A stretch of DNA of 64,000 bases. Source: Klebsormidium nitens. Lineage: Eukaryota > Plantae > Klebsormidiophyceae. Below, piece after piece: positions 52,101-63,730 of the stretch. Both the position numbers and the translations under genes were made by a program. The DNA lies in NCBI GenBank assembly GCA_000708835.1, contig DF236984.1, positions 1 through 64,000 on the forward strand, in the 5' to 3' direction. The notes beneath the pieces are model-generated. The model was not told the origin of the DNA and did not search any database. It saw nothing but the letters and a program-made list of their open reading frames with translations. Numbering within the stretch: position 1 is the first letter of the stretch; each line of letters begins with the position of its first letter.

Positions 52101-53344
52101 TCTAAACCTAGACGCAAAAAGTCTTGACCTGAAGAGCCTCAGCAAGCTTTGTTTCGAAAACAACAATGAAGCTTTTGCCCCAGCCAGCTAAGACATGTAC
52201 GACACCGCTAGTAGATCCTAGAGCTTGTCACTGTCTATCTAAGTTCCAGTATTCTCGTCTTCCATAGACACTGTTGCAAATGGCGCCGCAGGTAAAGTCT
52301 TTGAAACGCAAACCAGACTGAACTCGACTAGTTGCTGGGCCTACTCAGTACCGTAAGAGGCCAGATAAGTATTTCATTCGAAATCTGATGCTTTCTAAGG
52401 GCAGCTTGCTCAAGACAGATTGGCTCGTTATCAGGACCCTCAAAAACTTCCAGATAGAAAGTCAAGCAGGGCAAGTATCCAGCGAAAGCCAAAAACGATT
52501 TCCAACTTTGTAATCAAGTCTCCACCTTCTTTCACAATTCATCAAGAGCCCACGCTCCTTCCGCTTCCCCTAACGCCTCTATATTTCCAATGAGCCACAG
52601 TAGGAGTTTTCATGCAGAATACCATGTAAGACAGGGCTCCAGAGGGCTTCCTTGAACCAGCAAGGATTTAGGACATCCAGCCATACTCTTATTCAGCATT
52701 GCTCTAGATAATACTATTGGCTTGTGTTGCAACTGCCTTTCAGATCTGTCAGGATTCCGTGACCGTGAGGCCACTTCAAGTCATCAGCAGAGACTGGGAT
52801 GCTTCAAAACGAAAGGGCCACTGTACTCGATTCATACAGAGTGTTTCAGCAGATTGAGATACCCCACATCAACGTAGAGAGTCGAGTTACTCGACTGGGA
52901 TGACTACCAGATGTCAGAACTTCAAAGGGATAGCTCCAGAGTAGGCTCATTGAGTACCATTTCCAGCCACCAAGGCTGGAAAGTGCTGCCGTGGAATACT
53001 CTGCAAAGGGACACAAAGATGAGCTTGCATACCCAATCTCACTGCACCAAGATTTGAAAGTGTGCCTGTAGCAAATGCCTTTTAGAGTAGACACAAAGAC
53101 GAGCTTGGCTCACCATTTTCAGAGACCACTCGTCAAAATGCTGCGGCGACACCAGGAGTCCCCCCAGACTGCTCACAAGCGGCCATGGCGTCGGGCCCGG
53201 AGGGATCCCTACGGTGGTGAAAAACTTTGCGTACTGACTTGCGACATTGCAAACAACTAGAACGGCCAGGAACGTGCCCAGTAGAGAAGCCCCGAGGAGT
53301 ACGGGGTTCGCTTGGAACAGGATAGCGGAAAGAGGCTCAGCCAT
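46184..53344 (-). CDS. Cytochrome P450, CYP71-clan-like, at least 11 exons, with an apparent +1 frameshift near 48380 (possible pseudogene or assembly error)
   Basis: Motifs in order on the minus strand: N-terminal anchor plus IPPGPTPWPL (53344-53114), YGGVFSIW..KEVLFTK (about 51890-51790), DFASRP..APYGDYWRQ (about 51430-51326), RKLSVVHLFS (50696-50535), I-helix LLNGGAVDTS..EW (49510/49060), ExxR VVKEHFR (48445), PERF and LPFGAG (47584-47449), heme GRRGCPG (about 46990-46917) and a C-terminal LKTPLRV exon (about 46298-46184). Confidence 0.9.
47704..48015 (-). repeat. Three intronic copies of the acceptor and first ~25 nt of P450 exon 47584
   Basis: The anchor gtgtgaag is at 47571 (real), 47714, 47848 and 47991, with spacings of 143, 134 and 143. 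On the minus strand each copy keeps ggcag followed by a variant of gtgttgcttcacacc. Confidence 0.9.
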
Positions 53345-54024
53345 TCGGTAAGAATGGGGGAGAATAGAGACGTTTGCAGTCGGAAAGAATTGTGAGGGGC
53401 TGGGAGGGAAGTTTCGCTGAGCTGACTCTGGTTTGAGCTGGGGCTAGGGCATGGAAAGATCTGCTGGCTGCAAGTTATGACGAGTCTTCTCCCCAGCTTG
53501 ACATCCTCGCATATATACAGTTGCCAGAATCTCTTGTCAACGTTAGAGCAGTGCTGATCAATTGACAGGGCGCTTGAACTGTTGTCAAGGGTAAAAGCTA
53601 GTCGTTGAGAGTCTTTTTGAATGTAGGAGTGAGCCATTTTGCCCGCAGCTATATACAGCTTAGTTATGGCTGAAGGGTCGGAAGGGGCCCTTATTTATTT
53701 GGGAAGGGTTGCAACCAGCTGCTTCATGGCGCAATTACTTCTTAGGCCTGTCCACTTTTATAGAGGTTCCTTCACAGGTGTTATCACAACTCTTGTAGAA
53801 TTGCGTCAACAATATCAAGGTATTGCTCTTGTACCGGTAGCAGCACCGCCTCTCCATCAAGATTGGAGCTCAGATCAGTGCAACGGCCATCAAGCATCTA
53901 CCCACAAAAGTCCAGATCTCGATGCATCTCGTATACGTACCTACTACCTGCCGCCCTTCTGGCGCACCCATGTAGGCCTGGCCAGGAACGAGTCGAGCTG
54001 GTCCGCTCGTCTACCGTTGCTCGT

Positions 54025-54305
54025 CCGTAGTCCAAAGTAATGATTCCGAATAAATAAATAGTTATTTGCATTCGGATTTCCCATTCGGAAAGTGGAAATT
54101 CGGAAAGGTTCGGAAATAATCCTGAAATGGTCCTCGGAAGCCGTTAAAAACTGCCAAAAACAGCCAAAAACTCCCCTTCCCAGTAGTGGACCATTGGGCC
54201 TTCGGATTCTTGTCGGAATCGGCATAAATAATTTCTCTTCCCTGTTCGGATTGTTGGAAAATAATTCGAAATAAAAGCGTTCGGAATCACCACGTTGGAC
54301 TACGG
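54025..54305. mobile_element. MITE-like 281-bp element with 26-bp imperfect terminal inverted repeats and internal TTCGGA/TCCGAA repeats
   Basis: The left end ccgtagtccaaagtaatgattccgaa (54025-54050) matches the reverse complement of the right end (54280-54305) at 23 of 26 positions. The interior is AT-rich with about 10 (t)tcgga-like motifs. No target-site duplication was identified. Confidence 0.55.
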
Positions 54306-54446
54306 GAGTTGGCCAAAGCCAGCACAAGCACAAGCAACGCTAGGAAGCCGTAGACCACAAAATGGCCTCCGACCAGGAACCTTGATGCCAATTCTGGGGC
54401 TCTCGATCAAGATCTCCGGCTACCGGCCATGCAATTATTGCCTTTC

Positions 54447-54743
54447 GCCGACAGTGTTCGACACGAGCTGTCCAGGCACATGTCAGCCGACGGGATCATT
54501 GCCACCCGGCCGACGCAATCGAGGGGCGTCGGCCGAAAAGCCGACAGCTGTCGACAGCTGTAGTCTGTAGAATCAGGGTCTTATGGGGCGTTTGGCTGAC
54601 ACAAGCCGACCGGTTCAAAGAGCCAGCCGACCGACCGGAGAACTATCGGCCTGGCCCCGCCTGGGGCCGACAAAATAATAAAACCTCGGTGTCGAACGCT
54701 GTAGAATCGCGCCGGTCGCCGGTGGGTACCGAGTGACGTCGGC
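54447..54743. promoter_or_regulatory. Cluster of RCCGAC (DRE/CRT-core-like) hexamers
   Basis: GCCGAC occurs at 54447, 54486, 54509, 54540, 54605 and 54626. Its reverse complement GTCGGC occurs at 54528 and 54738, and ACCGAC at 54630. The cluster lies in the divergent spacer between the P450 and carrier genes. Function is unproven. Confidence 0.35.
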
Positions 54744-57042
54744 ACTTGACCAGTCGCAGCAGGCACCGGTACGTCCCTCTAGCTTCAAGATACTGGTAAT
54801 TTGTAAACCCTTCTGTTCTTGAACACTTGTGTGCCGGGACTACGGTACCTAGATTACTAACCCCAGAATACCCAACGCGCTCCGAACCTTGACCCGCTCT
54901 AATCAAGAGTCTAACCCAACCCATCCCCGAGCGCCAATTAAGTGCGGTTAGGGCCTGTTGATGTATCCAGTTATCAGAGTTCTCGGTTGTCTTCAACGGG
55001 CGGCCGCGGCCCGATTCAGGCGGCAAGTACTTAGGAAGCATGCTCGATGAAAGTTTGGCGAATTAATTTGATTAACGACAAACGGAGGAATGGGAAACGA
55101 CGCGCTGGCAAATAATTTACTGGGTACTTTTGGATCCAAGCTCTATGAACTTGTATGAAGTCTGAAAAGTTGAAGATTTACCGTTATTGAAGTCAAGGTC
55201 ACAACTTCACAAGCACCAAAGTGCGGATTTGAAATGATAAATTCATGCGTCTCTTTCAGGGTACTTTCAAGTGCCGCCACGGACATTAGATCTCCTCTCG
55301 GCCTGTCCACATCCTTTCCATCATTGCAGCCCAAGCTCATGATTGACGGGTATCGTGCTTAGGTAAGGCTGACGTAAGTAACGACCAGCTGGCAGCGGCG
55401 CCCGAGGAGTTCGGAACTTACCTACAGGGGACTCTGTGGAGGGGAGCCCGGAGGGGCTTGCCAGTATCACGGTAGTACCTACTAGGTCCTATAGTCACTC
55501 GTAGATACATACTAGGATAGGTACTATTAAAACTACCTACTTCCGCTCACCGAGCAAGGCAGCTGCACAAACTTATGGTAGATTTACTGCTTTGATTGCG
55601 GAGATTAATGCCAGTACCGTATTTGGTATGATGGAAGTAGATTCAAGTTCCTTCAAGTGGATGGGACACTCTGCACATTGATAGGTTCCAGAAAAGTTCC
55701 TCACGAATCAGCACTAATCTCGCTCTCATTGTAACTAACGTACATTTATCGATCACGTAGTTGCGGAAGTCGCATCTCAAGCAACCAACACACATTACAA
55801 CAGCCAGCTCCATCGAGGCTAAGACATTTCTGCTGGAGCGAGTCAACGGATTCCAACTGACCACGGGCCCAGTCGATAAGAGTGCCTAAACCGCGCCCAC
55901 ATACCAGCTCGACCCCAGCTCGAACTGAGTCCACGTGAATGTTGTACGATCCTGAGCAGTTCAGAAGAAAGCGTCGGAAAATGCTTGAAGGTGTTCTGCA
56001 AAAGGGCTGCAGTAGCTTCGTTCAATGAGTCACGGGAGAGCGGCTAGTGAGTCCGCCTGGCAATATTGGTGTTCTTACTCGGTGTATGACAAGTATTCAC
56101 TCCCTGGTAAGTATCTGCTGAGGTACCAAAACTAGGGTGGGCTGCTAATGCAAGGGTGGCGGTGCTTTGATATACAGATGTTTGTGGATCGGCCTTCAGG
56201 TTGACCAGCTAACGAGAGAGCTGCTTCGGATTTTCAATGAGCTGTTCTTTCCGGAATGAGCGGGATGGGCGAGTGGCCATATTGAAAAAGTTGTCAAACC
56301 CTTGATTCAGAGGTATTTATATCAGCAAAATGGTGTACAAGTCAACGATGTAGGTCATCTTGTGCTCAACGCAGAAGAGTCCCAGCTCTCAAGCAGTCTA
56401 GTACTTTGGATTGGAGGTGAGGATTCACTTATACCAGTTCTCTACTGCTGGGTGCGCTTGTACTGGAGGAAATGTAGGAAAAAGTGGGTACATAAAGGAG
56501 CGTTCAAATGAGACAATAAAGATCTCTTCTGGAACAATGAGAGACCATATATGGATAGAGCATTCAATCGATCTGGATTGCTGCCTTCAGCTTTGTTGTC
56601 CAAAGGGTTATTGGTCCTTATGCGCAAATCTTAGAAAACAGGCAGAATCAAATAATCTCATACAACAAAAGAGTCTGCGGAGAAGCTAACATAAAAGACC
56701 GATTGGAACCCGGGTTTCAATGCTGTGTTGCTGGTATCATAACTTGGCCTAGATCACAATGCGTCTGTTGCAATCTGGTGGACTGCAAGAACCCAACCCA
56801 CAAAACCCTAAACTGAGGGTTTCCGCACCACGGCGCGCTCGCATCTTAACCAAATCTCACTGGGCTTACTAATCACCTTAGTCAACTGAAAATTGGAACA
56901 CAACTTGATATCTGGACTCACGCCCAAAGACTGCTTTGATGATTGCTTGCACTCCACTTGCAGTCACACAATTTTGAGAAAATCGGAGTTCAAGCCCCTG
57001 TGGCCAGAAGCCTACGGTATCGTTGGACCGCCTACAGCTGCG

Positions 57043-60006
57043 ATGAAAGACTATGCATGGATAAGTCTTCTCGCAGGATGCCTGGCGGGCATATGCGAAA
57101 CGATCGTAGGTAAGAGGTTTAAAGCTGGGTTATGGGCATCATTTTCTTTCTAGGCATAACGATTTTCTGATGCTTGCAGTCGCAACATAGCACTCACTGT
57201 GCCAACACTGATTGATTCGGTGACAGCCCACTGGTCCGTACCATCACCTTCACGCGTAAAACTCCAAATTCCTAATGCCTGCCCGGACCAGGATTTATTG
57301 CTTGCAGGCTTTCCTTTTGACACTGTGAAGACACGGCTGCAGGCCGCGTCAAAAGACGGGGTAGAAGGCCTCACTTACAGGGGCCCCTGGGATTGCGTCG
57401 TTTCGAAGTTTAAAACGGAGGGCATTCTCGGCTTTTACCGGGGCGTAACTCCGCCTTTGGTGCAGGTAAGAATCACGACACCCTTCTCGTTGGACCGTCC
57501 GATAGAAAGAGAAAACGTGCTCAATAAAACCGTCTAAGGAAATAGAGAAGAGTGCCGCACTCGTAGCACGATCCCGCTTGTTTGCGATATTGGCACCTGA
57601 CTTCTGGAGATCTGATTGAATGAAGGGTTGCGTCTGCATGTAACACGGTAAAGAAGCATCAGATGGGTCTGCCTTTTCTGTGTTTGTATAGCTCAACAAA
57701 GACTTCTTGCACGCTTCACCGAAATTCTCTATCAAACGCCCCGACAAATGGTGTATAGTGTCCTTCTCGCAGGAAGCTCTAGGTGTGGCTTTCCTGTACG
57801 GGGCCCGTGACTGGTTGCGAGAGCATCTGAACGCGACGCTCCAAAACCCGCCCGCGCTAGTTCTGTCGTGCTGTCTCATCGGACTCGGGGAGAGCATCAT
57901 CTATTGTCCGTTGGACCATCTGAAAGCGAGACTACAAGTAAGCCCATCAAGCAAACCCCAAGCGAAGATTGCGTTCCTCTGCAAACATTCTATAGTGAAC
58001 TAGAAGCGCGGTCCTTTCGCTGGGGTTTTCCTTGAGGCAAGCTTGCATCCAAGAAGCTGCGTCCCAGAAGCGGCTAGGGCGCTTTGCGTAGGAATGAGGG
58101 GTCCTGAATGCTCGGTTCCGGAGAGATCCAGACGGCTATAGCATCCCCCAATGGATTCGAAAGGCACTGAATGTGTTTTGATCTGGAAGAAAACTATCCA
58201 GATACACCAATCATAACCTTTCCAATACTTTTTGGGGTTGGAGAAGCGACCTCTCCAATGCTTTCCGGGCTTGGAGAAGGGAGCAAATAACAGCCTCTTT
58301 GCCATCAGAAATTGTGCTGCTGATTCCTGCTCGTCATCGATAAGGGCTTTCCAGCCGTATAAGCTCCAATGATCAATAGCTTTTCCTCCTTTGTGGAGAC
58401 AAGTCTGACGTCTGCTTCCCCTTGCAGGCAGCGGCGCTTTATTCGAAACTGAGGACAGGGAACTTTCAGTCGGCTTAAGCCAAGGAAAAGCAAGGCTCTT
58501 GCCTGAAGAAAATTTGATCTCCTAGCCGTTACGGGATGTGTTTCTCGTCGCTCGATAACGAGGAAATGCTTTCGCCTAACCTACTTTTGCGGCCGGACAA
58601 ACAAAAGCCGAATCTTTTACAGCTGTAACCTTACACCTTATATCCACGAGACGGATAGGTTCTCATTCCACTTGCAGGTTGCCTGCGTTTCGTCGGAAGA
58701 TGAGGACGTCCGGCTCCTTGAGTTGGGTGGTTCAAATCCGGACAAGATGGTAGCGGACGCTGGTCCAGAAAAGGAGGATCCAAAGGCGCGATCGGAGTCT
58801 CTGGGGGTGATCGAGTGCGCCAAAGAGATCCTCCGGGCAAACGGGTGGAGGGGACTGTACTTGGGTTGGCCCATTCAGGTGCGCTTGTGATGTTGCTTTA
58901 AGCGGAACGGTATTCGTTTGCTTCAGAACGCGCAAGCTTGATGTGCGAAAAGGCTTTACTTGACGTGGCTCGATCTTGGAGACACCAAGGTAACTAGGTG
59001 ACAGCTCAGTACGCACGTGGCCATCTGAGCGACTTTAAAGCAGACGCTTCTAGGGAATCGGTCGCCAACGCGCTCGATCCAACATCCTTGATGATTGTTA
59101 AAGTGCAAAGATTGCAAATTTTGTCAGTCCCTCAAAGAGGTGCCCACCGCTCAAAGAGTCCATGGGCAAATCTTACCTTCAGAATGACGAGAGCTTATGT
59201 TAACCGCGCACTCCAAAACTCTCCCCAGCGAAGTCGCCTGACCCTGAGCTCTGACGCATTCCTCGACACTCTAAGCAGGTGGCGAAAGAGATGCTCGGCA
59301 ACGTGGCGCTCTTCTCTACGTACGATCTCGTTCTTTCGTTCTTCGGAGCCGCCGATATGAACGGCCCAGCACACGGGCACCCCGTCGGAGAGAGCTGGCT
59401 CGCCATATGGCCGGCGGGAAGCCTGGCGGGGATGGCGTATTATACGGTGAGCCCAGCTTATCATACGACGCTCAAATCTGCGAACCGGGAAGTAATTCCC
59501 GCGCGCTTCAAGCCGCCAGTCATCCGTTTCAATGGAACTGATCACCTGCTAAAAGGATGCTTTCAAGTGCATCAGTCGTCGGTTTGCAACCGAGACGCGC
59601 CTCCAAACGGCATGCCTGCGGACTCTCCCAAAAGTCAGAAAACTTAGGGGGAAATACCAAAGCTCCGCTGACTTCGCACAGGGAAGATTTGTAGGAGATC
59701 TAGAACCGTATATGCCCAGACCCCCAAAACCTTCGCAAAGACCGGCTGGTCTGAGCATCCGTTCCGCACTTTCTTCAGGTGAACTACCCCTTGGATGCGA
59801 TCAAGACGCGGCTCCAAACCGACTCGCTCATCCAGCCGAAGTACCGAGGTTCCGCTGACTGCGTTTGGAAGGTCACGCAGCACGAGCTCGGTTTCTTCGA
59901 GCTGTACCGGGGTCTGTCGATGTGCCTGGCGCGCGCAATTCCCGGCTGCGCCGTCCAGTTCTTCGTCTTTGAGTTGGTTTTCCGGACATTTTTCAGGAGC
60001 TCGTAA
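57043..60006 (+). CDS. Mitochondrial carrier family (SLC25) protein, carnitine/acylcarnitine or basic-amino-acid carrier-like, 6 exons
   Basis: Exons are 57043-57109, 57308-57465, 57773-57937, 58678-58878, 59279-59446 and 59779-60006. There are three carrier signatures (PFDTVKTRLQ, PLDHLKARLQ, PLDAIKTRLQ) with YRGPWDC..EGILGFYRG, NGWRGLYLG and YRGSADC..ELYRG. Confidence 0.9.
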
Positions 60007-60758
60007 ACTTGGTTCGAAGGGATCGGTAAGCACACCTTATCACGCGGCCGGCGTCTTTGAAGGCGGCGACTCCGAGTTCAGTGTCGCCGCGGAGATTATG
60101 CAGTGTCTTTATGCAAGTTCCCGCGACAGGGACGGCCGCACACAATGTCTGAATTGCCTGTTATGGCTCATCATTCGTCCTTCAATCATTTTCGTGTATT
60201 ATAAGCGCAAGCGATGCCTGTCGTCCGGTCTCTTATGATTCGCACAGCCGCGTCTCGTGTTCGCCGAGCACCATGATCAAAGCCAGTGAGGTGACTAGCT
60301 ATAAATCAGAGCGCCTCTCTCCGGCTCGCATGTGGAAGATTCAATGAATGATAGGATCGTTCTGCGAATCCGACATCTTTCCGACCAGACAACGCCTCCA
60401 GTCACGTGCAGTCCTAGCCGGATCGGATGAATGAACTTTTGAAACTGCATCCGATAAGGGAGCGAATGTTCGGTACGAGACTTGAAATATTGTCAAACAG
60501 CAAGTGGCACTTAAAATCAATTAACTACAGTAGAAGCATGTGGCACAACGGGTTTTTTTTTTATGTTTTCTCAAGCTTTTCAAAGGCTGGCCGGGCCACT
60601 CATTTGCATGTGTGCCAGCTTGCACAAGTTGGCCGCCGCGGTGTGTGCAAGAGTTACATGATTAAGGCTTCGGCGCAAGCTGCATGGCATGAACTTTGCA
60701 AATTGGCCCGCGCACCCGAAGAAAATAGTTCATTATATAGTCAATAAACGCCAATACC

Positions 60759-60826
60759 GTACGACTAGCCCGGCCGCATCATTCATGGCATGCCATGATG
60801 CACACGGCGCGGCCGGGCTAAGTGGT
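60759..60826. other. Nested palindrome/hairpin in convergent intergenic spacer
   Basis: tagcccggccgc (60766-60777) and gcggccgggcta (60809-60820) are perfect 12-bp inverted repeats. They enclose the perfect 14-bp palindrome catggcatgccatg (60784-60797). Confidence 0.7.
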
Positions 60827-61595
60827 ACGTTCGTCAATGATTCGCTGTCTAGCTGATCAGAGGTGCAGCACCATGAGGTTTTATATGGTGAATAGGACAT
60901 GCATGGGTGGTTGAGTTGAATTTAACTTAGGCTTAAATTTTAGTCGATTGTTTGAAACAATCATTAGCTCCGTTCGCGCCCCGATACTTAAGTACACTCA
61001 GTCAGGGTTCGTATCCGCTAGATCTTAGTACGGTAAATAGGCATATAACTTCGATACAAACATGCAACGCTTCGCTCTTTTAGCGATCAAAATTACTTAT
61101 ATACAACTCTGCAGAGCCTCTAGCTGAGGTTCCCTGCATGTAAATGACTGATCTCTCAGAAAAAATCACCTATTGGTACTCGCTTGACCGGCCATCATCC
61201 GTCGCTTTCGCGCGGCAAGTTGAAGCTAGAGGTAGTATCGTTCCTTTTCGTGTGCCTCTCCGCCCGGATGATTGCCTTCTTCAGCTTGTGAGTCAGGGAG
61301 GGGTACTGGTCCAGTATCTCAAAAAGGTCGTCCAGCAGCAACACCAACACGCTGCACTCCGCTTTGCACTCCACTGTCACGTCTTGCTTTATTGCCTGCA
61401 AGAAAAAATGTCTAGACTTTTGAGGGAAATAAGAGGTTGGCGGAAAGGCGACCAGATGCGGCGGAAGAGTCCGGCAGAACCGTTCGCTCCGATCGTATGC
61501 CACACCGCCGAAGACGACAAAGCAACCACCGACCCTGGCTCATTCCGTCCGTCCGTTCCGTCGTCGTTCCGACCTGAGAGAGGGAATGCTTCATC

Positions 61596-63730
61596 CTAAA
61601 CAAGGCTGCGTGCGGACTCAATCGAAGAACGACGTGAAATAGCAACGCGTTGCAGAGCCTGTCTCGAGACATACCAGTGGACGGCAAAATCGATCTGTCG
61701 GCTTTGACGAGAGGCGCGACCTGACGAACTCAATGTTGAACTCAGCGTCAGCACAAGCAACCCTGGCGAAGGATGCGGCCTCAAACGGCCAAACCTTTAT
61801 CGAGTCTTTCTGATTTCCGTTACTCCTATTGGGAAAAGTCGGAACGAAGAGACTATGAGCACATCGAATGGCCATAGATGAAAGCAACAAGAGTTGTTCC
61901 GGGGAGAGCAGACTCCTACTGCCAGCTTTCGCTTACCCTTACTTCCAGCTTTGCGTTTTCAAAGAGCACTTGTTTTGCTCACAGGTCGAAGCCTTTTTGA
62001 ACGGCGAGAGGACTCCATAAGGCATTACAACGTCAGTTATATAAGAAGCTTCCCCCTGGCCTGTTTTCTCAAGTATACTTGGAACTGTTCACGGTCAAAG
62101 CAACTAGAATTGGAAGAAAACAGAGAATCATTACGCACCCACCTTTACCGCCAGTTTCTGCCCTGCTTTCTCGAGGATAGTCGCAACTTTCTAAGGTCGA
62201 AGCAACTAGAAACGGGGAAATTCATTAATCATGAAACGCCCAGCTTTACCGCCCAACATCCTCTCCACCTTAACTCCCGCGTGCTTCGCCCAGCACAATC
62301 GCATTTTTTCACGGTCGAAGCAACTAGGAACGGAAGAACACAGTAACCTTCGAACGCCCACTTTTGCCGCCAGTTCCTTTTGTTCTGCCTTCCTCGAGCA
62401 TAGTTGCAACTTTCTAAGGTCGAAGCAACTAAGAAGAATAGAGTACAGTACGCATCAAACGCCAAGCCTCCTCTTCCACTTGGCCCCGGCGTGCTTCGCC
62501 CAGCACAGTCGCGACTCTTCACGGTCGAAGCAACTAGGAAGAAAACAAAACAGTGATTATCACACGCCCACCTTCACCGCCAGCTTCCGCTTCCCCTTGG
62601 CCCCGGCGTGCTTCGCCGAGCGCTCCTTCAGCACCTTTTGCGCCAACGCGAGCACCAACGGCGCCTCGCCGATAATAGTGCCCGGGGCGGCCATCTCCGT
62701 AACCAGCGCCTTATCTGACTGGTCGCCCCGATCGAGGTCCACCGCCCAGTTGTAGGCAGGCAACCGACGGAGGTACCGCTGGTCGGGGCGCTTGGAGCTG
62801 GCGATTTGGGACAGCTGGCGCGCGTCCGCGTCTTTTGGGTCGTGGGGGGTGTCTTCATCTGACGGTTCCTCGTCACTCACTCTGAAGAAGAGGGAAGAAT
62901 GCCCAATTGTCTGAGATTGGGGGTGACGCTGTCAGTTCAGAACATACCAGTGTATCTGGGTTCTGATAACTTTGGCGTGCGTTTGCGGTTTTGGGTCGCG
63001 GGGGGGGTCTTCGCCAGCAGTTGGGTCACTCGCTCGTCGCTCACTCTCTGAAGTAACGGAAGGAATGAAATACTTCCTGTGAAATCGGGGTTTGGCAAAA
63101 AAGACCGACGATTTACAGGGTTTCTAGCTTCTTTATAGCTGGTCAACAAGGACAGCTGGCGCGCGTCAGCGTCTTTTGGATCGCTTGAGGTGTCGTTTTC
63201 TGAAGTTGGGTCCTCGCCACTCACTCTGAAAAAGACAAAGAAGAGAAGGATCTGGGTTTGACAACAGTTACCAACGATTAACAGGGTTTCAAGGTTCTGC
63301 TAGTTAATCAAACAGGATCTGGCAAGCGTCGGCGCCTTTTGGTATGTCTTCAATTGAAGTTGCATTCTCGTCACTCATTCTAGAGAGTCGAAGGATTTCC
63401 TAAGTGTCGGGGTTGACTTCATACATCACTTCCTTCTGAGGTTTCTAGGTCTGTTACTTGGCCAGCCGGGCCAGCTGGCGAGCGGCCGCGTCTTTTGGTC
63501 GGGGTTGGTGTCTTCGTCCGGGAGTCCCTGTCAATCAGCGATTACAGGAATTGATAACAGACCTTCAAATTCTCCCAAACTTTTCCAAAAACCCCTGCTT
63601 ACCCAGCCGTGGTGATGTCAAGATCGTTCAAGGCCACCGAGCGCGACACCGCCAGCTGGCCGGCGCGCAAAATCCACAGCTGTCGCACGGTCTCGCCTTC
63701 CCGCGTCAGGGTTTCACGCTGGGGGTGCAC
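61596..63730 (-). CDS. 3' part of a cyclic-nucleotide-binding (cNMP/CAP) domain-containing protein; continues beyond the window
   Basis: Exon 63730-63603 (VHPQRETLTREGETVRQLWILRAGQLAVSRS) joins in phase with 62881-62572 (...APGTIIGEAPLV...). REG..LWIL.AG and PG.IIGE resemble cNMP-binding beta-strands. The downstream exons (about 61800-61730 and to about 61596) and the stop are tentative. Confidence 0.55.
62085..62570 (-). repeat. Array of about five 103-117 bp units derived from the end and donor of exon 62572-62881, alternating A/B subtypes
   Basis: ggtc(g/a)aagcaact occurs near 62093, 62195, 62313, 62418 and 62523, alternately preceded by cac- and cta-a. The units also carry gcgaagcacgc(c)ggg and ctggcggt(g/a)aaggtggg pieces of the exon end on the minus strand. 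Confidence 0.9.
62960..63530 (-). repeat. Four degenerate copies of the acceptor and first ~70 nt of exon 62881 in the upstream intron
   Basis: The anchor (t/c/g)cttttgg or a variant is at 62831 (real), about 62989, 63172, about 63335 and 63491. The acceptor ttcag|agtgagtg is repeated at 63225 and as variants at 63047 and about 63379. Confidence 0.85.

Noticed and set aside
56104-56114. Minus-strand atacttaccag resembling the U1 snRNA 5' end
   Set aside because: It is simply the reverse complement of a consensus donor (ctg|gtaagtat), and no U1 body follows.
60965-61016. A-box-like tagctccgttcg and B-box-like ggttcgtatcc 41 bp apart
   Set aside because: Both boxes mismatch the consensus, and neither the T-stem nor the acceptor stem pairs. 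Not a supportable tRNA or SINE.
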